Source of the DNA: a virus
Taxonomy: Duplodnaviria > Heunggongvirae > Uroviricota > Caudoviricetes
DNA: 56,313 nt
IMG/VR virus record: IMGVR_UViG_3300021255_002251
Direction: 5' to 3' (one strand)
A model generated the notes under the pieces. That model was given only the letters and a program-made list of their open reading frames with translations, was not told the DNA's origin and did not search any database. Shown one piece after another: positions 55,909 to 56,313 of this stretch. Both the position numbers and the translations under genes were made by a program. The number at the start of each line of letters is the position of its first letter. Within the stretch, counting starts at the first letter, position 1.

Positions 55909-55935
55909 GTCATTAAATGCCGAAATATAAAAACC

Positions 55936-56313
55936 CTAGAAATTTGGGGCTATCGCATCGGTCGGTATCCTCAATGCAACCAGATTTCCGCCATCCGTCT
56001 GCCTCGCCTCATAATTATTTGTGGTTGTGTACGCACGGCTATCTTCCCGCTCAATGTAGATGTAGTATGTTCGTCCCTCTGCCAGAGGAATGAAGTTTGA
56101 GCGGAACACCCTTGCAATGTGCGTCCACTTCCCTTCATATACATAAGTTGGGGTGCTCATGTCGGCAAGCGGCGTAAAAGACTTATGTACGAACCTCTCA
56201 TTTGATGGCTTACGTATATATGAATAATTATAGATATTGATAGTTTTGCTTGTTACCCAGACAATGCTTCTATCTTCGATCTCTTCTTTTGTTTCGCTTT
56301 TCTCTAAACCATC
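55936..56313 (-). CDS. Partial CDS, C-terminal 125 aa, open to the window edge
   Basis: The reading frame stays open upstream of the ORF-track Met up to position 56313. Confidence 0.75.
   Translation of the reverse strand, partial: DGLEKSETKEEIEDRSIVWVTSKTINIYNYSYIRKPSNERFVHKSFTPLADMSTPTYVYEGKWTHIARVFRSNFIPLAEGRTYYIYIEREDSRAYTTTNNYEARQTDGGNLVALRIPTDAIAPNF

Noticed and set aside
1-56313. Stop-codon reassignment (TAG or TGA)
   Set aside because: The 11-kb ORFs are uninterrupted in code 11, and TAG, TGA and TAA all end genes at sensible operon boundaries.

Overview
The window looks like part of a large tailed phage genome, probably a contractile-tailed myovirus. Almost every credible gene is on the minus strand and reads in the standard code. 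A PVC-superphylum host (Kiritimatiellae or Verrucomicrobia-like) is inferred, not shown. In transcription order (right to left) it contains six parts. (1) A tail/baseplate block at 31.3-56.3 kb with two giant proteins of about 3,650 aa, built from alternating PKD/Ig-like WGDG domains and BspA-type leucine-rich repeats. One starts with a gp25-like sheath-initiator domain. The other starts with a Sec-type signal peptide and is rich in TN dipeptides. A 157-aa protein between them is two copies of a motif also found in the giants, and a signal-peptide-bearing fibre protein follows. (2) About 18 kb of small, mosaic early-type genes driven by a family of similar sigma70 promoters with AAGGAC-repeat leaders. 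(3) A noncoding, nearly C-free low-complexity tract next to a sharp GC/purine-skew inversion at about 10.76 kb, a probable replication origin. (4) A ParB-like, basic protein, PAPS-reductase-like, TerS-like cassette. (5) A beta-helix protein and a Whirly-like protein. (6) A DUF6927-containing early cluster. No tRNA, rRNA, CRISPR array, integrase or reverse transcriptase was seen. All family calls come from motif recognition by eye, and several starts were moved from the ORF track to fit RBS or gene-overlap evidence.
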